Numbered from the stretch's first letter, positions 29,678 to 40,054 are shown. The stretch: DNA of 64,000 nucleotides from Candidatus Lustribacter sp. (GCA_965277805.1 OZ255842.1:2048001-2112000), one strand, 5' to 3'. The notes: generated from the letters alone by a model not told the origin. Made by a program: numbers and translations.

Positions 29678-30895
29678 ATGCAATCCCAGGTGACGGCCGG
29701 ATTTCGCAACGCCGAGTGGACGTTGCAGGCGCTCCCCTCGGGCACGATCGTCGGAGTTTATCCGCTTCGCACCGCCGACGGAGCAGCCACCAATGGCTTC
29801 CTTTACCGCCGCGGCGACCCGCGGGCGGTCGTTTGCATCATGCATCCGCGGGAGTTCCTGGCAACGCATTACATGATTCCGCCGTTGATCGAGGCCGGCT
29901 ACGGCGTCTTCACGCAAACGCCGCGAGCGGTCGGCACCGATCTGCGGCTCGAACATGAAGTAGCGCTGCTGGACGTCGCCGCGGGCCTGACGTTTTTGCG
30001 TGACTCCGGCTTCGAGCGCATCGCGCTGTTGGGGAATTCCGGCGGTTCGGGCCTGTACTGCCTCTACAACCAGCAGTCACTGCTCGCGCCCAACGACCGC
30101 CTCACGCGCACCCCCGGCGGAAGGCCCATCGACGTAACCGCGCTGGACATGCCGGTGGCCGATGCAATCGTACTGCTCTCGCCGCACCCGGGCCAGGGCA
30201 CACTTTTGATGAACGCCATCGACCCGTCGGTGGCCGACGAGCAGGACCCGTTTTCGGTCGACCCAACGCTCGACCCGTTTGCCGAACGCAACGGCTTCCA
30301 AGAAGAAGAGACGCGCTACGCGCCAGACTTCGTCGAGCGCTACCGCGTCGCGCAGCGCGAACGCGTGCGCGCCCTGGACGTGCTCGCCTTCACACGCATG
30401 GCGGAACGAGTCGACGCCAAACGCCGCGGCGACCGGGCCCGCGCCGCCTTCCAGAGCATCATGACGGTTTGGCGCACGGATGCCGACCTGCGCTGTTGGG
30501 ATCTCTCGCTCGATTCCTCGGAGCGCGCGTACGGCTCGCTGTGGGGACGCGATCCGTATAAATCGAATTACGGCGCAATCGGCTTCGCGCGGCTGTGCAC
30601 ACCGGAAAGCTGGCTCTCGACGTGGTCGGGGCTTAGTTCGAACGCTGCCCTCAGCAAAACCGCGCCGTCGATCACGCAACCGACGCTGATGGTCACCTAC
30701 ACCGGCGACCAAACGCTGTTCCCGAGCGACGCCGAAGCGATCTTCACCGCGATCGGTGCGAGCGACAAGTCACGCGCGTCGTTCCGCGGCGACCACCATG
30801 GGCGGCCGATTCACAAGGGCGATGCCAACGACGGCCGCCAACGCGCCGGCGAACACATCGGCGCGTGGCTGCACGCCCACTGTGCGGTATCATGA
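29678..30895 (+). CDS. Large alpha/beta-hydrolase-fold protein
   Basis: GNSGG elbow, ESWLSTWSG, late TGD and GDHH candidate triad residues. Confidence 0.75.
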   Translation: MQSQVTAGFRNAEWTLQALPSGTIVGVYPLRTADGAATNGFLYRRGDPRAVVCIMHPREFLATHYMIPPLIEAGYGVFTQTPRAVGTDLRLEHEVALLDVAAGLTFLRDSGFERIALLGNSGGSGLYCLYNQQSLLAPNDRLTRTPGGRPIDVTALDMPVADAIVLLSPHPGQGTLLMNAIDPSVADEQDPFSVDPTLDPFAERNGFQEEETRYAPDFVERYRVAQRERVRALDVLAFTRMAERVDAKRRGDRARAAFQSIMTVWRTDADLRCWDLSLDSSERAYGSLWGRDPYKSNYGAIGFARLCTPESWLSTWSGLSSNAALSKTAPSITQPTLMVTYTGDQTLFPSDAEAIFTAIGASDKSRASFRGDHHGRPIHKGDANDGRQRAGEHIGAWLHAHCAVS

Positions 30896-32046
30896 ACGGC
30901 CCGATGAAGATCCGCATCCTTGGCGCCGGCCCGGCCGGCTTGTGGCTGGCGCGCTCGCTCAAACGCATCTCGCCCGCGTTCGACGTGGCGATTTACGAGC
31001 AGAACGCGGCCAATGCGACCTACGGCTTCGGCGTCGTATTCTCATCGACGGCGCTCGACTTTCTGCAACAAAGCGATCCCGATGCGCTCGCAGTACTGAA
31101 GGCACCGATGCAGATCTGGGACGGCATGACGATCACGCACCGCGACGTAGCCGTGCCGATCGATGGCGGTGGCTTCGCCGGGATCGAACGCATCGCGCTC
31201 TTGCAGACGCTGCAGCGGCTGTGTGAAGCCTCCGGCGTGCGCATCACGTACGAGCGGCGCATCGAGCGGCTCGACGAATTCGACGGCGCCGACCTGGTCG
31301 TTGCCGCGGACGGAACGAACTCCGTCGTGCGGGCCGCTCTGGGCGCCTTCGACACCCATCGCTCCGAACTGGGCAACCGCTTCTGCTGGTACGGGACGAA
31401 AACGCCGTTCGCGACCCATGCGCTGACGTTCAAAAGCGCGCACGGCGGCCACTTCGTTGCGCACCACTACCGCTTTCGGCCAGATAAGAGTACCTTTCTC
31501 GTGGAGTGCGATGAAGCGACCTGGGAGCGCGTTCTCGCACCGATGGATGACGCCGAGCGCAAGTCGCTTTCCGAGCGCGTGTTCGCCGGCGAACTCGACG
31601 GTAGACCGCTGATCGAGAACAACTCGGTCTGGCGACGCTTTCCGGTCGTCTTTTCCGACCGCTGGTCGGTCGGAAAATACGTGCTCGTCGGGGACGCCCT
31701 GCGCAGTGCGCACTACTCAATCGGCTCCGGTACACGGCTTGCGATTGACGACGCCATTGCGCTGGCCGGCGCCATCGCCGAGGCGCCCGACGTTCCCGCC
31801 GCGCTCGCGCTCTATGAAGCGCGCCGCCGGCCCGCCGTCGCTCGTTTCAGCGACGCAGCGCGGCGCAGCTATCAATGGTACGAGCGTTTCCCCGAAAAGA
31901 TGGCGCTCGCGCCGATAGAGCTGGTGCACGACTTCATGATGCGCACAGGCCGGGTTGACGAGACGCGCTTGCGCAACGAATCGCCGCAATTCATGCACGG
32001 CTACGACGCCTACCGCGCAGCGCAGCTGAAAGCGGGCGTCACGTGA
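30892..32046 (+). CDS. FAD monooxygenase, salicylyl-CoA 5-hydroxylase / anthraniloyl-CoA monooxygenase N-domain type
   Basis: GAGPAGL, TYGFGVVFS, GDALRSAHYSIGSGTRLAIDDA. Confidence 0.88.
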   Translation: MNGPMKIRILGAGPAGLWLARSLKRISPAFDVAIYEQNAANATYGFGVVFSSTALDFLQQSDPDALAVLKAPMQIWDGMTITHRDVAVPIDGGGFAGIERIALLQTLQRLCEASGVRITYERRIERLDEFDGADLVVAADGTNSVVRAALGAFDTHRSELGNRFCWYGTKTPFATHALTFKSAHGGHFVAHHYRFRPDKSTFLVECDEATWERVLAPMDDAERKSLSERVFAGELDGRPLIENNSVWRRFPVVFSDRWSVGKYVLVGDALRSAHYSIGSGTRLAIDDAIALAGAIAEAPDVPAALALYEARRRPAVARFSDAARRSYQWYERFPEKMALAPIELVHDFMMRTGRVDETRLRNESPQFMHGYDAYRAAQLKAGVT

Positions 32047-32510
32047 TCGTCACCGAGCAAGTCATCGCGATAGAACCGCTGACCGTGCGCCGGCGCGTGC
32101 GGTTCGGTGAGTGCGATCCGGCCGGCGTCGCATACACCGCGCGCTTTTCGGAGTACGTCGTCTCGGCGATGGACCTATTCTTTCAAGAACTGGTCGGCGG
32201 CCCGTTCCCCGACCGCTTCCCCGGCATCGACACGCCGATCAAAGCGCTGGCGTTCGTGTTCGCGGCACCGCTGCGCCCCAACGACGAGTTCGACATGGTT
32301 GTCACGGCCGGAGACATTCGAGAGCACAGCTTCGACCTGCACATCACGGCCACGCGCAGCGACGGCATCCTCGCGTTCACCGCCTCGGTGACGCCGATCT
32401 GCATCGACCCAGCCGACCGCCGCCGTGTCGGCATCCCCGCTCCCGTGCGCGCCGCGCTCGAGAGCCACCAACGAACAGGAACGGCGAATGGCTCCTCGCT
32501 TCCCCATTGA
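32043..32510 (+). CDS. Hotdog acyl-CoA thioesterase (4HBT-like)
   Basis: RVRFGECDPAGVAY motif. Confidence 0.88.
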   Translation: MIVTEQVIAIEPLTVRRRVRFGECDPAGVAYTARFSEYVVSAMDLFFQELVGGPFPDRFPGIDTPIKALAFVFAAPLRPNDEFDMVVTAGDIREHSFDLHITATRSDGILAFTASVTPICIDPADRRRVGIPAPVRAALESHQRTGTANGSSLPH

Positions 32511-34161
32511 CGGTGTCCGCTTTCGGCCGAGCACCGAGGTCGAAACGTACTTCGCGAACGGCTCTTGGGTGCGCGCGACCGCCGGCGACTTACTGCGCGC
32601 CGCTGGGCATGACGTGCCCGAGAAAACCGCCGTCATCGGCGACGACGGCACGCTGAGCTTCGGCGAGCTCGATCGCCGATCGGAATCGGTCGCTGCGGCG
32701 CTGATCGAAAGCGGGTTGCGCCCCGGCGATCGGGCACTCTTTCAGGTCGGCTCTAACAGCGCGATCTTCATTGCCCTCTACGGCTGCTTCAAGGCCGGCG
32801 TGGTGCCGGTTTGCTCGCTGCCGCAATTTCGCGAGATCGAGATCGGCCAACTCGCCGAGCGCACGCGACCGGCGGCATACGTCGTTCAAGCCGACGTGCA
32901 CCCGTCGTTCGATCAAGCGGCGTTTGCGCGGCGCATGCAAGCGGCGCACGGCATCAGGCAACTCATCATCGTCAACGGCCTCGCGCAACCGGGTGAGTAC
33001 GAGCTCGATGCGATGTCCGAACGCTTCGACGTCGCGGCCGCGCGCGCGATCGTCGCGCCATGGGACCCAAATCCCGAAGATCTGATTCAGCTTCAGCTTT
33101 CGGGCGGCTCGACCGGTTTGCCGAAAGTCATACCGAAATTCCACGGAGAGTATCTCGCCTCGACCAAGGCCCTCGGCGACCGCTTCGGCGTGGGCGAGGA
33201 CGATGTCATGCTGTGGGCCCTGCCGCTCATTCACAACGCCGGCATGCTTTATGTCATCATGCCGGCCTGCGTCTTTCGCCGCACGGCGGTCGTCCAGTCG
33301 CGTTTCGAGATTCGCAGCTTCCTCGCGGCGATCGGCACGCATCGCGTGACCTTCAGCGGCAGCATCGGCCCGATCGCCGCGCGCATACTCGAGATCGACG
33401 ACATCGCGAACTACGACCTCTCGAGTCTGCGTCAGTTTTTCGCGCTCAATCAAGCCGACGCGGTCCAAGCGCACACCGGCGTTCCGGCCAGCAACATGTT
33501 CGGGATCACCGAAGGGATGTATTGCGTGTCCGCGTTGACCGATCCGATCTCGGCACGCCACGACACCGTCGGCTACCCGATCGACGCGGCCAACGAGATT
33601 CGCCTCGTCTCCGAGAACGGCGAAGAGGTACCGACGGGCGCCGTCGGCGAGCTGACGTTCCGCGGCCCGCATATTCTGACCGGGTACTTCAACGATCCCG
33701 CAGCGGACGCGGCGTGCTTCACGCCCGACGGCTGGTTCAAGACCGGTGACCTCATGTTCGCAACGGAACTCGAAGGCACACTGCGCTACGCGTTCGCCGG
33801 CCGGCTCAAGGACAACATCAACCGCGGTGGCGAGAAATTCGGCGCCGAGGAAGTGGAGACGCTGATCGCCCGCCATCCGGCGATTGCCGATGCTCGCGTC
33901 GTCGCGATGCCGGACAAGCACCTCGGCGAGCGCGCGTGCGCGTACCTGATCCTCCTGCCGGGCAAGAGCGCGCCTAAGCTGGGCGAGCTAGGCGAGTTTC
34001 TTCTGGCCTTCGGGTTAGCCAAATACAAGCTTCCCGAACGTCTCGAGATCATGGATGAGTTTCCGCTCACTCGCGTCGGCAAAGTCGACAAGGCGGCGCT
34101 GCGAGCGATGATCGCCGGGAAGCTCGCCTCAGAAACACCATGCGAAGGAGCACTTTCGTGA
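32488..34161 (+). CDS. Aryl-acid adenylation enzyme / CoA ligase (DhbE/salicylate-AMP ligase-like)
   Basis: QLSGGSTGLPKVIP, FGITEG, KTGD, INRGGEK, YKLPERL, VGKVDK. Confidence 0.92.
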   Translation: MAPRFPIDGVRFRPSTEVETYFANGSWVRATAGDLLRAAGHDVPEKTAVIGDDGTLSFGELDRRSESVAAALIESGLRPGDRALFQVGSNSAIFIALYGCFKAGVVPVCSLPQFREIEIGQLAERTRPAAYVVQADVHPSFDQAAFARRMQAAHGIRQLIIVNGLAQPGEYELDAMSERFDVAAARAIVAPWDPNPEDLIQLQLSGGSTGLPKVIPKFHGEYLASTKALGDRFGVGEDDVMLWALPLIHNAGMLYVIMPACVFRRTAVVQSRFEIRSFLAAIGTHRVTFSGSIGPIAARILEIDDIANYDLSSLRQFFALNQADAVQAHTGVPASNMFGITEGMYCVSALTDPISARHDTVGYPIDAANEIRLVSENGEEVPTGAVGELTFRGPHILTGYFNDPAADAACFTPDGWFKTGDLMFATELEGTLRYAFAGRLKDNINRGGEKFGAEEVETLIARHPAIADARVVAMPDKHLGERACAYLILLPGKSAPKLGELGEFLLAFGLAKYKLPERLEIMDEFPLTRVGKVDKAALRAMIAGKLASETPCEGALS

Positions 34162-34757
34162 ACGCCACCGATCGCTTGACGCTACACGGCGTCCACCACA
34201 CCGCGTTTCCGACCTGGAAGCCAAAGACGACAGTCGAGTTCTACCGCGATACGCTCGGCTTGCCGATCAGGCACGCGATTACGGCCAAAGGCTGGGGCCG
34301 CAAGAATGAAACGCATCCCGATTTCCTGCACTTTTTCTTCGAGACCGGCGAGGAAAACATGCTCGCGTTCTTTTACTACATCGGAACCGAGCCCAATCCG
34401 GCGCTGACCGCGTTGCGCGGCTACCTTGCGCTCTCACGCCACACGGCGTGGGCTGCCAAAGACGTCGACGAGCTGCACCGCTGGCGCGACCGCATCGCGG
34501 CGGCCGGCGTGCGCGTTAGCGAAGCGATCGAACACGAGATTCTCCACTCGATCTATTTCCGCGATCCCAACGGCTACGACATGGAAATCACGATCCAGCT
34601 GCGGCCGCTCACCGCGCGTGACACGCGCGACGCGGAGTTGAGCGTGCAGGCGATGCTCGAAGTTTTCGGCGACGACAACCCGAGCGGGGCGACGATCAAC
34701 GACTTCTGGCAGCGTAAAGGACAGCTCGTCCGCGCACAGAGCGGGCTCGCACAATGA
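34158..34757 (+). CDS. VOC/glyoxalase-family protein
   Basis: GVHHTAF, RHTAW, SIYFRDPNGYDMEI (H-H-E ligands). Confidence 0.85.
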   Translation: MNATDRLTLHGVHHTAFPTWKPKTTVEFYRDTLGLPIRHAITAKGWGRKNETHPDFLHFFFETGEENMLAFFYYIGTEPNPALTALRGYLALSRHTAWAAKDVDELHRWRDRIAAAGVRVSEAIEHEILHSIYFRDPNGYDMEITIQLRPLTARDTRDAELSVQAMLEVFGDDNPSGATINDFWQRKGQLVRAQSGLAQ

Positions 34758-35908
34758 GGCGCTTCGCTGCGCTCCTGGGGCTGTTTGCGCTCGTCGCCGC
34801 CGGACCGCAAACGCCGTACGAGATCAATGTGCTCGTCCCCGTCACCGGTGCGGGGGCGTTTCTCGGCAGCTCGTACGAGCAGTCGCTGCAGGCGCTGGAG
34901 AGCACGGTCAATGCCAGTGGCGGCCTGCGCGGCCGCCCGGTGAAGTTCGTGGTCAACGACTCGGCAACGACCGGTCAAGTCGGTTTGCAAATCGTCAACG
35001 GACTGATCGGCAAACATGTTACGCTTTTCATCGACGGTGGCCCGAGCCCGGTCTGCAATGCGACGATTCCGATCGTGCAAGCGGCCGGTCCGCTCGACTA
35101 TTGCCTCTCGCCAGTCATTGCGCCAACGCCGCACAGCTACGTGTTCTCCGCCGGCGCTTCGGCCAACGACCTCGCCGCGGTGGCCGTACGCTACCTGCGC
35201 GCGAAGGGTCTTAAGCGCTTGGCGATGCTGACGACGACCGACTCCACCGGGCAGGCGTACGAACGCGCGATCGGGACGGCACTTGCGTTGCATGAGAACC
35301 GGGACGTCCACCTTCTCGTAAGCGAACATTTCAATCCGGCGGACCTTTCGGTAGCGGCGCAACTCGCGCGCATTCAAGCCGCGAAGCCGTCGGCACTGAT
35401 GCTGTGGGCAACGGGAACGCCGCTGGGCACGGCACTCCACGGGTTCAAAGACACCGGACTCGAGATTCCGGTCCTCACGAGCAACTCGAACATGACCTAC
35501 GCCCAGATGAAGAGCTACGCCGGCGAGTTGCCGCGCGACTTCTGGTTCACGTCGCTGCGCGGTTTGTTGCCGGAAGACACGGCGGCCGGCCCGTTGCGCA
35601 GCGCACAAACCGTCTACGTCCACGCCTTTGAGAAACTGCACGTACGACCGGACATCGGCCATAGCCTGATCTGGGATCCGGCCATGGTGTTCGTTGACGC
35701 GCTACGCCACGTCGGCACTGACGCAACGGCCGCGCAACTGCATGACTACATCGAAAGCCTGCACTCATGGGTCGGCACCAACGGCGTGTACGATTTCGCT
35801 GCCGGCGATCAGCGCGGACTCGGCGATGGGTCGATCGTCGTGGCGCGCTGGGATGTGGCCAAAGACACCTGGGTGCAGATCAGCGCACCGAAGGGCGCCC
35901 TTCGTTGA
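34754..35908 (+). CDS. ABC solute-binding protein, LivJ type
   Basis: Signal peptide; VNASGGLRGRP, GPLDYCLSP, GDQRGLG. Confidence 0.9.
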   Translation: MRRFAALLGLFALVAAGPQTPYEINVLVPVTGAGAFLGSSYEQSLQALESTVNASGGLRGRPVKFVVNDSATTGQVGLQIVNGLIGKHVTLFIDGGPSPVCNATIPIVQAAGPLDYCLSPVIAPTPHSYVFSAGASANDLAAVAVRYLRAKGLKRLAMLTTTDSTGQAYERAIGTALALHENRDVHLLVSEHFNPADLSVAAQLARIQAAKPSALMLWATGTPLGTALHGFKDTGLEIPVLTSNSNMTYAQMKSYAGELPRDFWFTSLRGLLPEDTAAGPLRSAQTVYVHAFEKLHVRPDIGHSLIWDPAMVFVDALRHVGTDATAAQLHDYIESLHSWVGTNGVYDFAAGDQRGLGDGSIVVARWDVAKDTWVQISAPKGALR

Positions 35909-36597
35909 ACCGGCCGCGCAAGATGCGCCGGGAGCTCGTGGAGAACGAGCTTCTCGAGCGTGCGGCCGAACTCTTCGGCACGCGCGGCTTCAACGGCACG
36001 ACGCTGCAAGACGTCGCCGACACGGTCGGCCTCACACGTGCGACGTTCTATCACTACTTCGACAGTAAGGAAGCGCTCCTGGCGGCACTGGTCGAGGACA
36101 TTGCGGTCGCGCGGGCCACGGAGATCAAAGGGATCCGCTCAAATCCCTCGCTTTCTGCGGCCATCAAACTGGCTGCGGTGACGCGCATGATGGTGCTCAA
36201 CGTGACGAGCCAAGCAGCCCGCTTCCGGTTGCTGTTGCAAACGGAGAACGAGCTTCCGCCCGACCTGGCAACGAAGTACGCGCGTGGGCGGCGCGAAACG
36301 CTTAAGGAACTGGTCGCGCTCTTCGAAGAGGGCTTCCGCTCGGGCGATTTGCGCCCGATGGAGCCGCACCTCGCGGCGTTCGCACTGCTGGGTATGTGCA
36401 ATTGGACCGCGTGGTGGTTCAACCCCGAACACCAATCGGCCGAGGCGGTCGCCGATCAGTTCAGCGAAACGGCGTTGGCCGCCTATGCTCTGCCGCAGGG
36501 CGCGGCGCGACAGGGCGGCGGTATAGGCGATTCGATTCAACGCATGCGCGATGAGCTCGCCCAGCTCGAGCGTTTGACTCAAACGGAGAAGTCCTGA
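35905..36597 (+). CDS. TetR-family regulator
   Basis: AAELFGTRGFNGTTLQDVA...TFYHYFDSKEALL; GMCNWTAWWF; start uncertain (TTG 35905 or ATG 35923). Confidence 0.92.
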   Translation: MNRPRKMRRELVENELLERAAELFGTRGFNGTTLQDVADTVGLTRATFYHYFDSKEALLAALVEDIAVARATEIKGIRSNPSLSAAIKLAAVTRMMVLNVTSQAARFRLLLQTENELPPDLATKYARGRRETLKELVALFEEGFRSGDLRPMEPHLAAFALLGMCNWTAWWFNPEHQSAEAVADQFSETALAAYALPQGAARQGGGIGDSIQRMRDELAQLERLTQTEKS

Positions 36598-36842
36598 TGA
36601 CGTGTTCCATTTGCGTATTGCGCGTGCCCGAATTCGACGCGATAGCGCGGGAACTCGCGAAGCTTGGCGGCGTGTCTCTGGCCGAACGCGGCGATTACCT
36701 GATCGCCGAAGCCCACGGCGAGATCGCACTCGAGCGCTCCGCGACCGGTGTCGGCCAGGCGGTATGGTTCGGCGCCCTGACCGGGGGCATGAGCGGCACG
36801 GTGCTGGAGTTCAGCGCAGAGCTCTTGCGCGTCGCGCCATGA
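36597..36842 (+). CDS. Small hypothetical protein (81 aa)
   Basis: GGAG SD; overlaps both neighbours' stop/start codons; exactly fills the gap. Confidence 0.7.
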   Translation: MTCSICVLRVPEFDAIARELAKLGGVSLAERGDYLIAEAHGEIALERSATGVGQAVWFGALTGGMSGTVLEFSAELLRVAP

Positions 36843-37762
36843 TTGACGTTCACCACCATTTCGAGCCAAGCGGCCGCAACGTCGACGGCACGCCCTGGTC
36901 GATTACCGCGGCGGTCGACGAGTTGGACCGTAACGGCATCGCCACGGCCATCGCATACGCCGGGCCGGTCTTTGAAGAGGGCACAAAAGGCGCCGAGGAT
37001 GCGCGCGCGATGAACGAGTGGGCCACCGCCCTGTGCCGCGCGCATCCGGGACGCTTCGGTCTCTTCGCGTCGATTCCGATGAACGATGCCGACCGTGCGC
37101 TCGGAGAGATCACCTACGCACTCGACGTCTTGCACGCCGACGGCATCGGCATCTCGACGCACTATGGCGAGCAGGGTTTGGGTGAAGCGCGCTTTCAGCC
37201 GATTTTCGAAGAGCTCGATCGCCGTGGCGCCGTCGTGTACGTTCACCCGGCCGGTGCGCCGTGCGAATCGCCCGTGACGCCGGTCTACGAAAATCCGCTT
37301 ATCTCGGCGCCCTGGATCGAGTTTCCAGCCAACACCGCGCGAACAATGTTGAGCCTGTGGTCGACGCAGACGACGCGCCGGCTGCGGAGCGTGAAGTTCA
37401 TCTTCTGCCATGGCGGGGGCGTCATGCCGATCTTGCTCGGCCGCATCGCCGGTTTCCAGAATTGGGCTAACGTCGGCGAGGCGAAACTGCACGAGCTTTT
37501 TCCCGACGGTATCTACGCCGAGTACGCAAAGTTTTACCTCGACTGCGCGCAAGCCTATGCACCTGAAACCTTCGCGCTGCTCCGCTCGATCGTCCCCGCG
37601 ACCCGTCTGCTGTACGGCTCCGACTATAGCTACTTCCCGATCGCGCATAGCGTGGAGCAATTCATGCGACTAGACCTACCCGACGCCGACCGGCACCTGG
37701 TGCGCGGCGGGAACGCCTCGACGCTCTTTTCTCGCTTTGCTCCGCCTGCGGAGGCACCGTGA
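36839..37762 (+). CDS. Amidohydrolase_2 family (6-methylsalicylate decarboxylase-like)
   Basis: IDVHHH, YVHP, CHGGG, GSDY. Confidence 0.88.
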   Translation: MIDVHHHFEPSGRNVDGTPWSITAAVDELDRNGIATAIAYAGPVFEEGTKGAEDARAMNEWATALCRAHPGRFGLFASIPMNDADRALGEITYALDVLHADGIGISTHYGEQGLGEARFQPIFEELDRRGAVVYVHPAGAPCESPVTPVYENPLISAPWIEFPANTARTMLSLWSTQTTRRLRSVKFIFCHGGGVMPILLGRIAGFQNWANVGEAKLHELFPDGIYAEYAKFYLDCAQAYAPETFALLRSIVPATRLLYGSDYSYFPIAHSVEQFMRLDLPDADRHLVRGGNASTLFSRFAPPAEAP

Positions 37763-37813
37763 ATGGTTCACCCGACCGCGGGCGCCGGCCACCGGATCGA
37801 TCGGTCTAGCCCA

Positions 37814-38430
37814 ATGACTGAGTCGCGGCCGCAGCCAATTGGCGCCGGCGAACGCCTCGCGTTCCTAGGCGTGACCATCGTGAATACAACCGATGGTACC
37901 TCGCAGAACGACATGCTCGTGTCCGTTGAAAACGGGAAGATCGATGCCATTACACCGGCGCCCAGGTTTGTGGCGGACCGTTCGACCCGGGTCATCGACG
38001 CACGCGGCAAATTTATGATTCCTGGCTACAACGATCTGCATGCCCACCCGCTGGGCTCGAGTGACCCCGAAGGCAGTCTTACGCTCTTGCTGGCCAACGG
38101 CGTCACGGGCTTTCGTGAGATGGGCGCGTGGAATGATATGCTTGAGCGGCGCCGCGCGGGGACGTTAATATCATGCACGGCGCCGGAACTGCTCGAGCTC
38201 GCCGGCGAGGGCATCAATCCCGGCAGTGTTTCAACGCCCGAAGCCGCTGCGGCAGCCGTCCAGAGCCAAATTCGCCGCGGCGCTGATTTAATTAAGCTCC
38301 TCGACTATACTCCGGCCATTTTCGACGCCATCGTTGCCGAGTGCAAGCATGTCAACATGCGCTTTATGGTCATCTCTCGCCGACGGTTGACGTGCGCAAA
38401 GCGGCGCGCATGGGTATGTCCACCATACGG
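37814..38430 (+). pseudogene. Truncated amidohydrolase_1-family gene
   Basis: IDARGKFMIPGYNDLHAH, LLANGVTGFREMG, GADLIK; frameshift near 38367 to GHLSPTVDVRKAARMGMSTI, then homology ends where EH is expected; start uncertain (37763 or 37814). Confidence 0.75.
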
Positions 38431-38495
38431 GACGCACGTAATTGTCAGCCGCCCGCCGGGATCGCATCGATGATTGACCGAAACCCACAGCGGCG

Positions 38496-39092
38496 ATGAA
38501 AGCAGTGCGTGATAGCGAACTCCTCATCCCGGATGGGGTTGTTTCTTACTACGAGCAAGTCAAAGGCAAACCGTACGATGCCACGTCCGTACGGCTCTTA
38601 TTTTTGGTGCGTGCCCTCGCTCAGCGGATCAATGACATTTCGGCAATCTGGCTTGAGCCGTTCGGACTGACGCCGTTATCTTACAATGTGCTCGCACGGT
38701 TGCTCGCGACGCCCGGGAATGCGATAACGCTCAGCACGCTTAGCCGCTCGCTTCACACGCGAGCAGCGACAATTACGTCTCTGATCAATGCACTCGAGCG
38801 AGAGAGTCTCGTGCGCCGGGTCGCGCACTCGACCGACGGACGCGCGACCCTCGCCAAGTTGACCGCAGCAGGTCGGCGCGTCGCCGAAAAGGCTACTGAC
38901 ACGCAGCACCGCCACATACTCGAAGCACTTCAAACTCTGCGCCCCCGCCACCGCGAGTTTGCGCTCGAGATACTCCTTGAGATTGGCAATGCATTAGGAA
39001 CCGAACAGAAGCGCCTGCGCGGCGATCGGCGACCGCCTTCGAGCCGCAAGGCTCTCACTGGTCGCCGTGGTGCCAAAGCCAACGACTTTTGA
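38496..39092 (+). CDS. MarR-family regulator
   Basis: ATITSLINALERESLVRR...DGRATLAKLTAAG. Confidence 0.9.
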   Translation: MKAVRDSELLIPDGVVSYYEQVKGKPYDATSVRLLFLVRALAQRINDISAIWLEPFGLTPLSYNVLARLLATPGNAITLSTLSRSLHTRAATITSLINALERESLVRRVAHSTDGRATLAKLTAAGRRVAEKATDTQHRHILEALQTLRPRHREFALEILLEIGNALGTEQKRLRGDRRPPSSRKALTGRRGAKANDF

Positions 39093-39117
39093 CGCACGCC
39101 GCTCCCGCAACCGGGCG

Positions 39118-40038
39118 CTATTTCGGGGGCTTCGTGCTACTCAGAAAGGCTTCGATCTTGGCCGTCACAATTTCGGGCTTCTCGAGGTTAGTATAATGGC
39201 CGGCATCCGCGACCCATTCCAAGCGCGCATCCGCAAAGAGCGCGACTCCGGGGTTAACCGGATCGTCGTAATAGAACCGCGGCTGGCCATCATCTTTATC
39301 GCCTTGCAGCAGCAACACGGGAAACTTCATGCGCGGAATGAGCCGGCTCGTGCGATCCAGTCGCTCCTTCTCGAAGGACGAAGATTGAAAGTAGCGGATT
39401 ACGGCGTGCTCAAGACCTGGATAGCTCATCTCCATCTTGAAACGCTCGAGTTGCTCCGGTGGCACGGGATTCTTCAGCATCTTCAGTAGGCGGTATTCGA
39501 AGTAAAAATCCGGATCACCATAAATTGCCGGGCCGAAAATAGGATCAGCAAAATACGTCGCTTGCGGCGAGTTGTCCGCGCGCCAGATGTGCAGGATCTG
39601 TTGCATGCGCACATATCGTAAGACGCGCTCAGGGTGATTGCCGCTAAGGTAATCCGCAAGCACCGCACCACGATCATGCGCGACGATGTTGAAGCGTTTC
39701 AAGCCGAGCGTGTCGAGCAGCGCCAGCATCTCTTCCGCGACATTCTCCCAGCGCCAATCGCCGGGGCGCTTGTCACCTTGGCCATAGCCCTTCAGATCGA
39801 CGGCAATAATGTGAAACCGATTGGCGAACGCTTCGATCTGCCGATGCCAGGAATACCAACTCTCCGGATTGCCGTGCAAAAAGAGGATCGTTTCGTTCTT
39901 TCGGTCTCCGGCCTCGACATAGTGCCAGCGGATTGGAATCACGGCACCCGGCGCTTCAATGAAGTGGTGAACTACCGCAACGTCATTACTAACTTGTTCG
40001 ACTTGGCCTTCGACGTTCGGAACGACGCTACGCTTCAA
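39118..40038 (-). CDS. Alpha/beta hydrolase, epoxide hydrolase / haloacetate dehalogenase type
   Basis: LHGNPESWYSW, DLKGYG, AHDRG (Asp nucleophile), AGHY; start uncertain (TTG 40038, or ATG 40049 with a 1-nt indel). Confidence 0.85.
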   Translation of the reverse strand: MKRSVVPNVEGQVEQVSNDVAVVHHFIEAPGAVIPIRWHYVEAGDRKNETILFLHGNPESWYSWHRQIEAFANRFHIIAVDLKGYGQGDKRPGDWRWENVAEEMLALLDTLGLKRFNIVAHDRGAVLADYLSGNHPERVLRYVRMQQILHIWRADNSPQATYFADPIFGPAIYGDPDFYFEYRLLKMLKNPVPPEQLERFKMEMSYPGLEHAVIRYFQSSSFEKERLDRTSRLIPRMKFPVLLLQGDKDDGQPRFYYDDPVNPGVALFADARLEWVADAGHYTNLEKPEIVTAKIEAFLSSTKPPK

Positions 40039-40054
40039 TCGGGATCCATGCTTC

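Noticed and set aside
32488-34161. Siderophore/NRPS biosynthesis (DhbE-like)
   Set aside because: No carrier protein, NRPS or isochorismate genes; neighbours are catabolic
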